DNA of 60,372 nt from assembly GCA_965206695.1 (NCBI GenBank), contig CBDBKM010000012.1, positions 1 to 60,372 of the forward strand, written 5' to 3'. Position numbers and translations under genes: made by a program. Source of the DNA: Chlamydiales bacterium. GTDB taxonomy: Bacteria > Chlamydiota > Chlamydiia > Chlamydiales > JAAZZY01. A model generated the notes under the pieces. That model was not told the origin of the DNA, searched no databases, and worked only from the letters and a program-made list of their open reading frames with translations. Positions within the stretch are counted from its first letter, which is position 1. Each line of letters opens with the position of its first letter. Below are positions 11,081-21,647 of the stretch, one piece after another.

Positions 11081-11420
11081 CAGGATTCCTTAGAGAATTT
11101 TTAAAGTGTAAACGTAGGGGGGTATTAGTGATGGTCTGAATGTTCAATACAGGTGTATTAAGGAACATTTTGAGGTGTTTTACAGCTTGAATAAGGATAG
11201 ACTTCAAAACAGATTCTGAAAAATCATAAGATCAAATCTATTTTCCTAAGCAATTCCGTAAGATATCTTTTTTCAGCAGGGAAAATTATCCGTCATTCAT
11301 ATACTAAATAAAACCATATTTATAATTAATTTTAATATAGCGAACATCTTTATATTAAATTAATAAGTATTATTTATAATATATTCGCAAGTCAGTTCAT
11401 ATAAAATAAAAGATAAAAAA

Positions 11421-12143
11421 ATGAGTACTATACAATTTTCTCAAAATATACCAGAAAACTATGTATGTCCTATATGTCAGCAGCATGACTACGATAGTAA
11501 ATACGTTGAGCAGGAGCATGACTACGATAGTAAATACGTTGAGCATACTCAAAAACAAGGAAACCTTCACCCAATACATCTAAAATGTATTTCCATATGG
11601 GCAGACAATCAACCAGAAAAGGCAGATGCAGATTGTGTTTCATGCAGACAGCCTATGTCTAAAAGAAGCATTAAAAGAAGCATTAAATGGGGTCCCCTCG
11701 ATAGCAACTGGGGTGACCTCAATAGGTATCTGTACGGTTCAATTACTTCAAAAAAAGAGAACCTTCAGGATACAATAAGGGACAGCATGCGTGAGTGGTT
11801 ACTACTAAGAAACAAGGATATAATAGAATATAAAAATCGTTTGAATGCTATTTATAAGCTTATTATTCCTATAGGGATGGGGCCGGATAGCCCATGTTCT
11901 GCCTGTGCAACAAGAGATATTAAAGCATTCGAAGTTTTAGGCCCTTATTCAGATCGTGTTGTTGATGAATCCAATTCGGAAAATGAACTTAGCTGGATAA
12001 ATGAGCGTGACTTTGACTGGATAAATCCCGCTCAGTTAGGATACAATAATATATCTGTAGTCATTTTTGATGAAAATATAGATTTTTATGTAGCTAATAG
12101 AAATATCAATAAGGGGGAAGAGCTCCTTGTAGACAACGTATAA
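11421..12143 (+). CDS. RING-finger-like plus degenerate SET-domain protein (putative effector)
   Basis: CPIC...HPIHLKC..W...CVSC; C-terminal half homologous to 36504..37427 (RDIKAFEVLGPYS, NNISVV, FYVANRNI..GEE) but internally deleted and lacking the terminal YG. Confidence 0.7.
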   Translation: MSTIQFSQNIPENYVCPICQQHDYDSKYVEQEHDYDSKYVEHTQKQGNLHPIHLKCISIWADNQPEKADADCVSCRQPMSKRSIKRSIKWGPLDSNWGDLNRYLYGSITSKKENLQDTIRDSMREWLLLRNKDIIEYKNRLNAIYKLIIPIGMGPDSPCSACATRDIKAFEVLGPYSDRVVDESNSENELSWINERDFDWINPAQLGYNNISVVIFDENIDFYVANRNINKGEELLVDNV

Positions 12144-12146
12144 TGT

Positions 12147-12306
12147 TTTAAATTTTATTTTTCATGTAAGAATATCCGGATGCCTATCTTACAGGAGTTT
12201 CGCGTTGAAGAAATGAGAGGTTGAATTTTTTATTTAAGTCATTTCCTTAATTTGTCTATACTGCTTTTTATTTTGGTTTGAAAAGATATGCCATTACGTA
12301 AATGTA
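12147..12306 (+). mobile_element. Remnant IS630 'C' end plus 5' end of IS701 element
   Basis: Reverse complement of ~36038..36175 and ~36383..36414, including MPLRKC start. Confidence 0.75.
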
Positions 12307-13241
12307 TAGTATTTTAATTTTTATTTGATAATATGTTATCCTTTTTTTTTTATACAAACAGTAAGGACAAAACAATGCCTAGAGCCTATTCAGTAGATCT
12401 TCGAGAGAAAGTATTACAACATATAGAAAAACATCATGATAAAAAAACAGCCGGCCATATTTTTCAAGTAGGTATCGCAACAATATATCGATGGATCTTG
12501 CAAAAAAAGCAAAAAGGACATTTAAAGCCAATCCGCAGAAAATATGCTTATAAAAAATTAGATGATGAGTTGTTATCTAAATATGTAGAAAAACATCCGG
12601 ATTATTTTTTATCGGAAATTGCTGATTATTTTTCAGTCACTCCGCAAACGATTTTTTATGCCCTTAAAAGATTAAAAATTACACGAAAAAAAAAACTACT
12701 CGCTATAAGGAAAGAGATGAAAAGAAACGGGAAGCTTTTATGAAAGATTTAAAAAATATTCCCTTTGACAAGAGAATTTATCTCGATGAAACCGGGATTC
12801 ATCAATTTTTATTTCGTGAGTCCGGAAGAAGCTTACGCGGCAAAAAAGTTTTTGGAGCGGTTTCAGGAAACCGCTTTATAAGGCAAAATATTATTTCAGC
12901 CCTATCTAAAGGGCAGTTTTTATCTCCAATGTGTTTTGAAGGTACTTGTAATACCGGGTTATTCAATATTTGGCTTAAGGAAGTTTTGACTCCTCAGCTT
13001 ACACCCGGTAGTGTTCTTATTCTTGACAATGCCGGTTTTCACAAGTCAGCGGAAAGCAGGAAAACAGTAGAATCTGCCGGTTGTAAGCTTATGTTTCTTC
13101 CTCCATATTCTCCGGACTTAAATCCTATAGAAAAATATTGGGCTAATATGAAAAATAAAGTTAAAGAGATATTACGAAAAGTTACGAATTTTAAATTCGC
13201 CATTGATCAAGCAATCTTATCAATGTAAAATTAAATGACTA
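12307..13241 (+). mobile_element. IS630 'A', copy 4 (orfA 12333..12743, orfB 12740..13228)
   Basis: Near-identical copy; TA flanks. Confidence 0.95.
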
Positions 13242-13243
13242 TA

Positions 13244-13435
13244 ATCGCCTGTTTTCTGATTTAATTTGAGCTGCAATATAAATATATCTACCTTGAAAAG
13301 GGTTTCTTTGCAGCTCTCTATAAATAGTAGATTGATCAACTCTGATTTCATAAGCAATATAATCTACAGAATCTCCTCTTTGTGTTAATGCATATATTTG
13401 GCATCTTTGGTTAAATGATAATCGCCTTTAGGCAT
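13244..13435 (-). pseudogene. IS30-family transposase N-terminal remnant
   Basis: MPKGDYHLTK...VDQSTIYRELQRN with stops and frameshifts. Confidence 0.55.
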
Positions 13436-13707
13436 AAAAATCCCTCCACAATTATTAGGCTTTTCAAAAATTAACTATAGAGATCGTATCATCATTTAAC
13501 CATTTTCACATTTCTCCTATCTGTTGCACTTCGATGTTGAAAGGGCCGAATGAGTATACGAGAGAATTAAAAAAAATGCTTATTTAGTCTCTCGTAAATC
13601 TTCCAATTTTGACTTCTAATATTTGTTCAACTTGTATGGAATTATTTAATCATGCTATGGATGGACTTTTATTAATGATCTAATACAATCGATTAAACGG
13701 AAGATAT

Positions 13708-15294
13708 ATGCGCAGATCGATATCCCCTTTCCCATTACTTTTCACTTCGATAAGCGCTATATTAGGATCGGGATGGTTATTTGCTATCTTTTATACAAGC
13801 AAATATGCAGGTGCCTCTTCCTTGCTCTCATGGGTAATCGGCGGTATAGCCATAGCCTTTATCTCTTTTGTCTTCGCTGAATTATGTACCATGCTACCCA
13901 TCACAGGTTCCAGTACCAGAATTCCTCAATATACCCATGGTACAATTGTTAGCTTTCTATTCTCTTGGATGATTTGGCTCTCTTATGTGGCGCTTGTTCC
14001 TACAGAAGTTCAAGCAGTATTACAATATTTAAGCTATTTTTTTGATATGCTGGCTCATGAAGGAGGAGGGTTGACACGTTACGGCTATATAGCAGCAACC
14101 ATATTAATGCTTTTTATCAGCACATTAAATATTTATTCTCTTCGTTGGCTACTACGTTGCAATAATGCTTTAACTGTTATGAAGATCATTATTCCCCTGA
14201 TTATATCCATAACGATTCTCATTTACTTTTTTACTCCTCATGGAATGATCCATCCGGTTAATAGTGCTTTTACTCCTTTTGGTTTTCAAGGGGTATTTTC
14301 TGCCATTTCATCCGGAGGAATCGTATTTGCTTTCAATGGATTTAAACAGGCTTGCGAAATAGCCGGGGAAGCTAAAAACCCTAATAAAGCAATCCCCTTT
14401 GCTATTATTGGTTCTATTTCAATTTGTCTTATTATCTTTTTATTATTACAAACAGCATTTTTAACTTCTCTTATACCCCGGAATCTTGCCGAGGGATGGA
14501 AAAACTTACATATACAGGGAGAGAATAGCCCTTTAGCCTCCATCGTTGCCCAAGATAACATACTTTGGCTTCTTCCTATTCTCTATTTAGGAGCTGTTAT
14601 TGGTCCTTTAGCAGCCGGGCTTATGTACGCAGGAAGCTCTAGCCGTTCTTTATATGGCATGAGTACGAATGGCTACATCCCTTTATTATTTCAACATCTT
14701 ACAGGGCAGGGCAACCCTGTTTTTGCTATTATCACCAATTTCGTTATCGGAATGTGTATGTTCGCTCCTCTTCCCGGTTGGGATAAGATGATAACCTTCT
14801 TAACGTCTCTTATGGCTATAACCTATGCTGTGGGCCCCATTACTCTGATGGCGTTAAGAAAGCAGGCACCCGATCAAAAGAGACCTTTTAGGCTTCCTTT
14901 TGGATTCACTTGGTCTGCTATTTCTTTTTATCTTTGTACTCTATTCATTTACTGGAGCGGTTGGGATATCATATCTAAACTGGGGATCGGATTTTTAGCC
15001 GGGTTTATTTGCCTGTTTAGTTATCACTTTCTCACTGAACGAGGAAGAAAAATTTCTCTCCATTGGAAATCCTCTATTTGGATTTGGCCTTATTTTATAG
15101 GGATTACAATTATCTCTTATCTCGGTAGTTTTGAAGGAGGGATGGGTATTATTACCTTTGGCTGGGATTTCTTAGCTCTTGGTATTCTATCTCTCATTAC
15201 TGTGTGGCTATCTATAATCTTTAGATTACCATCAGAAATAACCAAACGCTACATAGCAAATTTAAATCTGGATAAGCGTGCTGCTAGCGAATAA
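13708..15294 (+). CDS. APC-family amino acid permease
   Basis: AILGSGWLF, FAFNGF...AGEAKNP motifs; many transmembrane segments. Confidence 0.92.
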   Translation: MRRSISPFPLLFTSISAILGSGWLFAIFYTSKYAGASSLLSWVIGGIAIAFISFVFAELCTMLPITGSSTRIPQYTHGTIVSFLFSWMIWLSYVALVPTEVQAVLQYLSYFFDMLAHEGGGLTRYGYIAATILMLFISTLNIYSLRWLLRCNNALTVMKIIIPLIISITILIYFFTPHGMIHPVNSAFTPFGFQGVFSAISSGGIVFAFNGFKQACEIAGEAKNPNKAIPFAIIGSISICLIIFLLLQTAFLTSLIPRNLAEGWKNLHIQGENSPLASIVAQDNILWLLPILYLGAVIGPLAAGLMYAGSSSRSLYGMSTNGYIPLLFQHLTGQGNPVFAIITNFVIGMCMFAPLPGWDKMITFLTSLMAITYAVGPITLMALRKQAPDQKRPFRLPFGFTWSAISFYLCTLFIYWSGWDIISKLGIGFLAGFICLFSYHFLTERGRKISLHWKSSIWIWPYFIGITIISYLGSFEGGMGIITFGWDFLALGILSLITVWLSIIFRLPSEITKRYIANLNLDKRAASE

Positions 15295-15841
15295 TCACTT
15301 TTCCCATATATTCAATAAAAGCCATTAGGCTTTTTTGTAATCTTTCATGTACACTTTTATCAACAAAATTAGAAGCTGCATCAAAAGCCTCATGGGCTTT
15401 AGGTAAAGAGAACATACTTGGAAAGACAAAAGAACCGCATGCTTCGAAAGAGACTCTAGAAACCCAAAGAGCGCGATTACCACCATTTAAAGCGGGTGAG
15501 GCAGATATAAGATAGATATACTTACCCTGCCAAGGCATTGGCCTTTCTCTGGATATCCAATCGAAAAAATTTTTAAAGGTTCCCGGCATAGAAAAATTAT
15601 ATTCAGGAGAAGAAAAAATCATAGCATCAGCAACATGCATTTTCTCAATAAAACTTTTAGCGCCGCTTGGAAGACCCGACTTCTTTTCAATGTCTGCATT
15701 ATATAGCGACATGTTAAATTCAGAAAATTGGACAAGATTTACTTCGTGATTAGCTTTTTCAATAATATGAGCTGCATTTGAAATAAGTTTTTTATTTAAG
15801 GAGTTTTCGCTTAAAGAAGCTGCCATCATCAAAAATTTCAT
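15284..15841 (-). CDS. NADPH-dependent FMN reductase
   Basis: SPEYNFSMPGTFKNFFDWISR. Confidence 0.92.
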   Translation of the reverse strand: MKFLMMAASLSENSLNKKLISNAAHIIEKANHEVNLVQFSEFNMSLYNADIEKKSGLPSGAKSFIEKMHVADAMIFSSPEYNFSMPGTFKNFFDWISRERPMPWQGKYIYLISASPALNGGNRALWVSRVSFEACGSFVFPSMFSLPKAHEAFDAASNFVDKSVHERLQKSLMAFIEYMGKVIIR

Positions 15842-15855
15842 TCTTTATTTCTCTT

Positions 15856-16239
15856 TTATTTACGTTGAATTAATTCAATTTTATAACCGTCCGGATCTTC
15901 GACAAAAGCAAGAAGTGTTGTTCCGTGCTTCATAGGACCCGGCTCTCTAGTGACCTTACCGCCCTTGCTTTTAATAGCTTCACATGTGGCGTAGAGATCA
16001 TCAACACCTAAGGCTATGTGACCATAAGCATTGCCTAAATCATAACTAATAACATCCCGGTTATAGGTTAATTCTATAACAGCTTCCTTACTCTCTTCCC
16101 GGTAGCCCACAAAAGCCAAGGTAAATTTGCCTTCCGGGTAATCTTTTGTACGTAAGAGTTTCATGCCCAAGACCTGCGTATAAAAGGCAATGGATCTATC
16201 TAGGTCGGTTACTCGAATCATGGTATGTAAAAAACGCAT
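15856..16239 (-). CDS. gloA: Lactoylglutathione lyase (glyoxalase I)
   Basis: [20 protein letters not shown]...GNAYGHIA...[10 protein letters not shown]. Confidence 0.96.
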   Translation of the reverse strand: MRFLHTMIRVTDLDRSIAFYTQVLGMKLLRTKDYPEGKFTLAFVGYREESKEAVIELTYNRDVISYDLGNAYGHIALGVDDLYATCEAIKSKGGKVTREPGPMKHGTTLLAFVEDPDGYKIELIQRK

Positions 16240-16389
16240 ATTCTATCTCCTCAAACCGAAACAACATTGTCAGTATATATTCATTCATATTGGAAACCGG
16301 ACAGGATTGAGTTCCGGCACTTGAAATGTATCATTCATTCGTGTTTTAAGCCTGTCTATTACAATCGGAATTTTATCTTTAAAAAAAAA

Positions 16390-16910
16390 CCTTACCTTTT
16401 ATTTAAACTCAGTAAATGTATCGTAACAGGTTATAAGTAACCGCTTCCCTCATCATTTTCCAAAGCCTTATCTATTGCATTTAAATTGGGAGAATATGGG
16501 GGTAAATAGACACGCTCTATACGTGAAGTCTTTAAATATCCTTGGATCCGTTTATTTTTATTTGCTCTTCCGTTATCTAAAATGACATCTATTTTTGAAG
16601 CCTGTGAAAGCTTCTCTAATCCTTTTAAGAAGTCAATAACCTTTCTTCCTCCAAGTCATGGAGTATTCTTTTGACCTGATTGTCATATCCTCAAGTCGTA
16701 AAGCTCCAATAATAGGCATTCCGGTTTGCTTATTTGTGGGCTTAATCGTTTTCTTAACCCTTTTTTGGATCCACCCACACACAGTTTAGAGGATGCACTG
16801 CATTAAAAAAACAGATCTCTTCACTATTTTGAAGACTAACTTTTAATGCTTCCTATTCTTTAATAAATTGTGTCTGTTTCTCTAAGTTAAGCCTACCGGG
16901 GACATTAACA
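16390..16910 (-). pseudogene. Decayed IS630-family transposase
   Basis: Reverse-strand motifs ILDNGRANKN and YLPPYSPNLNAIE, broken by frameshifts. Confidence 0.7.
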
Positions 16911-16964
16911 GGACTTGTGAAAACAACATTAATATCATATTTATACTTTTTTGTGTATCTTGTA

Positions 16965-17351
16965 TTAGCGAAGAGTATATTCTTCATAAGATTTCTGTTC
17001 TTTTATATCAGAATCAAAAATATCATTAACTGAATTTTTAATTTGAAATCTCATATCATTAGTTTCATATACTGAACGGGCTAATTCTATGAATTCATCA
17101 TCAAATTCTTTTTTCTTTTCTTTGATTCTAATGAGATCCTCAATTTCCCAAAGATTCAAATTAACCAGATATAACTTCTTAATCCATTCTTGATGATCAG
17201 CTGCCAAAGAATCTGATAATGTCATTAATTCCTCTAACTCTTTTGTAAGATGAACCTGCTTTTCCGGATTACTAATCTTTTCTTTTTTAATTTGTAAAAT
17301 AGATACTTTATCTAAAAGTTCACCAATAGAAATAGAACATGATATCTTCAT
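16965..17351 (-). CDS. Conserved hypothetical protein (DUF6165-like)
   Basis: SIGELLDKVSILQIK...VNLNLWEIED...FIELARSVY..ND.R..IK...EQKSY. Confidence 0.75.
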   Translation of the reverse strand: MKISCSISIGELLDKVSILQIKKEKISNPEKQVHLTKELEELMTLSDSLAADHQEWIKKLYLVNLNLWEIEDLIRIKEKKKEFDDEFIELARSVYETNDMRFQIKNSVNDIFDSDIKEQKSYEEYTLR

Positions 17352-17413
17352 AAGACCATTATTTTTAAATTTACCGACAGGAAATCATAAGATAAGAAGA
17401 AATTCTAATAAAG

Positions 17414-18832
17414 CTAAACTCTTTCAGTCTCTTTCGTTTCATCTTGAAGAAGGTTAGATTTATCAAATGCACCATCATCAACTTTAATAGAAGCATTAAT
17501 ATGTGGTGTCACTCTATGCAAGATGGTTTCGGTATGTTCTTTGCTTTCATTCAATAATTCAACTTCTTCGTTTGATAGGGTATTACCCTTTTGTTCCATA
17601 ATCGGATTTATATTTTCCGGTTGCTGTTCTTGATGTATTTGAGGTTCAATATTTTCAATGGTCTGGAAAGATGATTTTCTTCTAAGAAACCTTGATACTC
17701 GCCCGGGAGTGCCGGCCAATCCAATAAAGCCCAAAACGGTAGATATAACAGACATAAAAATAAATAATCCTAATGGTCCCAAAGATTGCATGAACAAAGG
17801 AGCGATTAGAGGACCTACTACAGATCCAAATCCATAGGCTAATAATAATCCCCCGGTAGCTGCTACCAGATCTTTCGGATCCAAATGATCGTTCGTATAA
17901 GAAATACTTAAAGGATATATAGTAAATGAAAATCCCCCCAAAAAAACTGAGAAGAATAATAATAATTCCTTAGAATAGTAAGAAAATAGGGCTATTAAAA
18001 GAGCTAATATCGTCGTGATAAAACAAACGCCTACTAAAACCGTTCGTCTTTTAATGATATCGGAAAGATACCCAATCGGCCATTGAAGAATAAAGCCACC
18101 AAAAATAATTATTCCCATAAACCGGGCGACTTCACTAAGAGACATCCCCACTTGATACGAATAAACAGGAGCCAAACCCGTTAAAGCGCCCATGATCATA
18201 CCTGATCCAAAAGCGCCGGAAACACCAAATTTTGAAATTTTAAAAAGCCGAAAGGGGCTTAATAATGTCGATTCTTCCAATACCGGAGAGGTCGCATAAG
18301 TTACTGATACAGGAACAGTCGACAGGGATAGAAGCATCGTCGTAATACAAAAGGGTATTAAACTCGTCGGATCTGCTATACCCAATAGAAATTGACCACC
18401 GGACTGAGAGGCGTAAAAAGCGATCATATATAGAGAAAGAACAGCTCCTCTATTATTTGTACCACTCATCATTAATAGCCAAGTCTGAATAACAATAAAA
18501 AGACCGGCCATGAAAATTCCGGAAGCAAATCTTAATAAACACCATAAAAAGGGATCTAAAAAAATACCTTGCAGCATTGATAAAGTAGCAACTAAAGATG
18601 CTAAGGCTGCAAAAGAACGAATATGCCCTATCCGAGTAATAAACTCCTGAGCAAATAGAGAGCCCAACACAAGACCTGCAAAATAAGCGGAAGAAACACA
18701 ACCTGCTATAAAAGGAGAATAACCCTCTAAAGTAAGTCGTAAAGGGACAAACGTTGAGAACAGGCCTGCCCCTGTCATCAAAATAATTAAACTCAAAAGA
18801 GGTGCTTTTATCGTTCTTAGTATTTTTAACAT
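17414..18832 (-). CDS. MFS transporter (YcaD-like)
   Basis: 12-TM pattern, RIGHIRSFAA, QWPIGYLSD. Confidence 0.88.
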   Translation of the reverse strand: MLKILRTIKAPLLSLIILMTGAGLFSTFVPLRLTLEGYSPFIAGCVSSAYFAGLVLGSLFAQEFITRIGHIRSFAALASLVATLSMLQGIFLDPFLWCLLRFASGIFMAGLFIVIQTWLLMMSGTNNRGAVLSLYMIAFYASQSGGQFLLGIADPTSLIPFCITTMLLSLSTVPVSVTYATSPVLEESTLLSPFRLFKISKFGVSGAFGSGMIMGALTGLAPVYSYQVGMSLSEVARFMGIIIFGGFILQWPIGYLSDIIKRRTVLVGVCFITTILALLIALFSYYSKELLLFFSVFLGGFSFTIYPLSISYTNDHLDPKDLVAATGGLLLAYGFGSVVGPLIAPLFMQSLGPLGLFIFMSVISTVLGFIGLAGTPGRVSRFLRRKSSFQTIENIEPQIHQEQQPENINPIMEQKGNTLSNEEVELLNESKEHTETILHRVTPHINASIKVDDGAFDKSNLLQDETKETERV

Positions 18833-18836
18833 TTTA

Positions 18837-20213
18837 TTAGTCTACTAATTTATTCGCATTTCTTGCTGCATTTCGTATTATCTCCGGCAACGCAGGATGT
18901 ATATAAATGGTACTTAACAGGTCATCTAAGGTAGCCTGCATTTTCATATAAGCAATCAACATATGCACCATATTAGAAGCCTCTTCACCAATAATTTGAG
19001 CCCCTAAGAGTCGTTTATTTTGCTTATCAAAGAGTAACTTAACCAACCCTTCTTCAGACCTAAGAGCCATACCCATAGCACTATCACGATAGGTATTAGT
19101 GCCAACGATATATTCCACTCCTTCTTGTTTTAGTTCCTGCTCTTTCTTTCCCACTCCCCCCACTTGAGGGTTAGAGAAAATAGCATGAGGAATCGGTGGA
19201 TAGTCAATAGGGTTAGGTTTAGATCCTTTAAATAAAGCATCTAGTAGATACTCGCCTTCAAAATTAGCTGTATGTCGAAAGAAGTAACGTCCGATAATAT
19301 CGCCGATTGCGTACACATCCTTTTGAGTTGTCATCAAAAAAGGATCAACTTTTATATATCCACTATTATCACAAGCAACGGATGTTTTATTCAATCCTAA
19401 ATGATCGGTATTTGGTGAAATTCCTGTCACCACCAAAAAGGCGTCCCCTGTTAAGGTTTCTTTTCTTTTATCTTCGTATTCAATATCAATTGAAAAGGTA
19501 TTATTTTGATAACTAACCTTTTTAGGTATAGCTTTAAAAGAAACCGAGTGTCTCTTTGAAAAAACCCTGGTAAATTCTTCTGAGACACTCTCATCTTCTG
19601 CTCGAAGAAAGGTGCTTCTTACAATAAAATGAACTTCTGTCCTCAAAGCCGCAAAATAGTGCCCTAATTCACAAGCAATATAACCGGCTCCTAAAATAAT
19701 CAATTTCTCAGGTTGCTGTTTTAATCTAAGTGCTTCTTTTGAAGTCATATAAGGTGTTCCTTCCAATCCTTCAATATCCGGTATATTAGGGCGTGTACCG
19801 GTACATATAATAATTTTATCAGCGCTCATCTGCTGATTATTAACTAAAAGAGTCTTATCATCGATAAATTCAGCATGGTGATGATAAAAATCGATATTCG
19901 GATGCTTTTCCATTAAAGGGGCCAAACGAGCCGATTCCTTATCTATAATGTTATCTACGTAAGTAACCAAGTCCTTGAAATGGACTGTAGGCTTTTCATT
20001 AAGCGTGAGATTGAATCGAGAAGCACTTTCAATAATATGGGCAATATCAGCAGGATGAATCAACATTTTTGAAGGAATACACCCTCTGTTCAAACAGGTC
20101 CCCCCTAATTTATCTTCTTCTATAATGGCTATCTTAAATCCCAAATCAGCAGCAGGTCGTACTATTTTAAGACCTCCGCCTCCTCCAATCACAATGGCGT
20201 CATATTTTAGCAT
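18837..20213 (-). CDS. Pyridine nucleotide-disulfide oxidoreductase (dihydrolipoamide dehydrogenase / mycothione reductase family)
   Basis: GGGGGG FAD motif, GGTCLNRGCIPSK, C-terminal IHPALPE. Confidence 0.9.
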   Translation of the reverse strand: MLKYDAIVIGGGGGLKIVRPAADLGFKIAIIEEDKLGGTCLNRGCIPSKMLIHPADIAHIIESASRFNLTLNEKPTVHFKDLVTYVDNIIDKESARLAPLMEKHPNIDFYHHHAEFIDDKTLLVNNQQMSADKIIICTGTRPNIPDIEGLEGTPYMTSKEALRLKQQPEKLIILGAGYIACELGHYFAALRTEVHFIVRSTFLRAEDESVSEEFTRVFSKRHSVSFKAIPKKVSYQNNTFSIDIEYEDKRKETLTGDAFLVVTGISPNTDHLGLNKTSVACDNSGYIKVDPFLMTTQKDVYAIGDIIGRYFFRHTANFEGEYLLDALFKGSKPNPIDYPPIPHAIFSNPQVGGVGKKEQELKQEGVEYIVGTNTYRDSAMGMALRSEEGLVKLLFDKQNKRLLGAQIIGEEASNMVHMLIAYMKMQATLDDLLSTIYIHPALPEIIRNAARNANKLVD

Positions 20214-20346
20214 TTTCTTATACAGCTTAATTCTAGGGTTTTAATATTTAACTATTTCGATTCATTTTATGCTAGATAGCATCAGAATTATCTCCTAAAT
20301 TTGAGATATAATCTAAGAACTTTTTCCAAGAAAGCTATTTTTAGAA

Positions 20347-20725
20347 TTGACAACTCTCAACCCACAAAAGAAGGGATTCCTCATTCACAGACCACAGATA
20401 ACAAAAGAGTTAGTCTAACATGATCTCCAAAGGCTTAAATTACCGACTGCCCTTCGGTATATATATTATATGATGCATTAAAATCTCTGTCATGCTTAAT
20501 TTTACAATTTGAGCATTCCCAAGTTCTTATATCGGTGTGTAATTGCCCTTGTTTATAACCGCATGCAGAACACTTTTGTGTACCGGAAAAATAGTGGTCT
20601 AATTCTACTATATTTCTCCCGTACCACTCGCTTTTATATTTTAAAAACCGGCTCCATCCATGATCGTTTGGTTTTCACATATCAGCTGAGTAGGTTTATA
20701 GAATCTGACCCATACAATGATAGCT
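20347..20725 (-). mobile_element. tnpB: IS200/IS605-family remnant: TnpB C-terminus plus right end / omegaRNA region
   Basis: Reverse frame LKYKSEWYGR...CSACG...RTWECSNCKIKHDRDFNASYNI, stop at 20435; then GAATCCC...GAGAGTTGTCAA right end; absent from the ORF track. Confidence 0.8.
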
Positions 20726-20729
20726 AATT

Positions 20730-21530
20730 TCAATAACTTTCTTTCGAAATGCATCATATGAGTTCCAAATGACAGATTCCCGCAATAAGATTGAATCGCA
20801 ATGCAAATCTTTTTCGTCTATTCCGATAACGACCGGAAATGATTTTAAAGCGTTTGATCACTCTTATCACATTTTCATTCAGAACACGTTCCCTTGATAA
20901 TTATCTATTGTTTGTCTTATCTTCTTTAGTTAGAGGCTTCTTCTTACTTTTCTTTTTTGGCATATTGGTATTAGCATGAGGCTTTTTTAGCCCTTGATAT
21001 CCCGTATCAGTTAATATGTTTATGCCCGGATGAATTTTTATTTTTGATTCCTTAAACAATCTAAAATCATGTCTCCCGGCATTAGAAAATGCAGTACAAA
21101 TAATCTGTCGTGTTTTCTTATCTACTATAATCTGAGTCTTTAAGGTATAATTTTTGTTTTTTAAAAGTGCTTGACGACCGAATAAAACAAAATCAGGGTG
21201 TTTAACTTAAGTGTATCTTCAACACACTTTATACTTTTATAAGCGTTGCTTTCACTTAATACCGGAACTTTGGCCGGCATAAAATAGGTTCTGTATTCTC
21301 TTATATACTCTAAAGCCATTAACAATGTATCTTCTAAATTTAGTTTCTTTTTTTTTCCACTAAGAGTTTTTTCGGTTTTAATTGATGTGTTTAATATAAA
21401 TATCATTCTATCGAATGTTGATTTTTTATACCCGTTAAACGACGAAGCTTTTCATCATTCAAGGTGCGAATTTTTTCAAATTTCATGATACGAACCTACT
21501 GTTAAAGTAGGCTGCTATAATCAAAATTTA
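20730..21530 (-). pseudogene. IS5-family (ISL2-like) transposase pseudogene
   Basis: MKFEKI...RRLTG; LMALEYIREYRTYF; HDFRLFKESK...DTGYQG...RYRNRRKRFALRFNLIAGI; ends approximate. Confidence 0.8.
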
Positions 21531-21647
21531 TTACTCATAAACACTCCTCCTGCCGGTTGTTGTAAAATATTTTTTTACATATACTGGGGTTATAAAAGAG
21601 ACCTTCGAACTAAAAGCGCTTTTAATAAGTTACTTAGGTGATTTAAG

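Noticed and set aside
20509..20727. 72-aa + strand ORF
   Set aside because: Antisense to the TnpB remnant, which has recognisable motifs.
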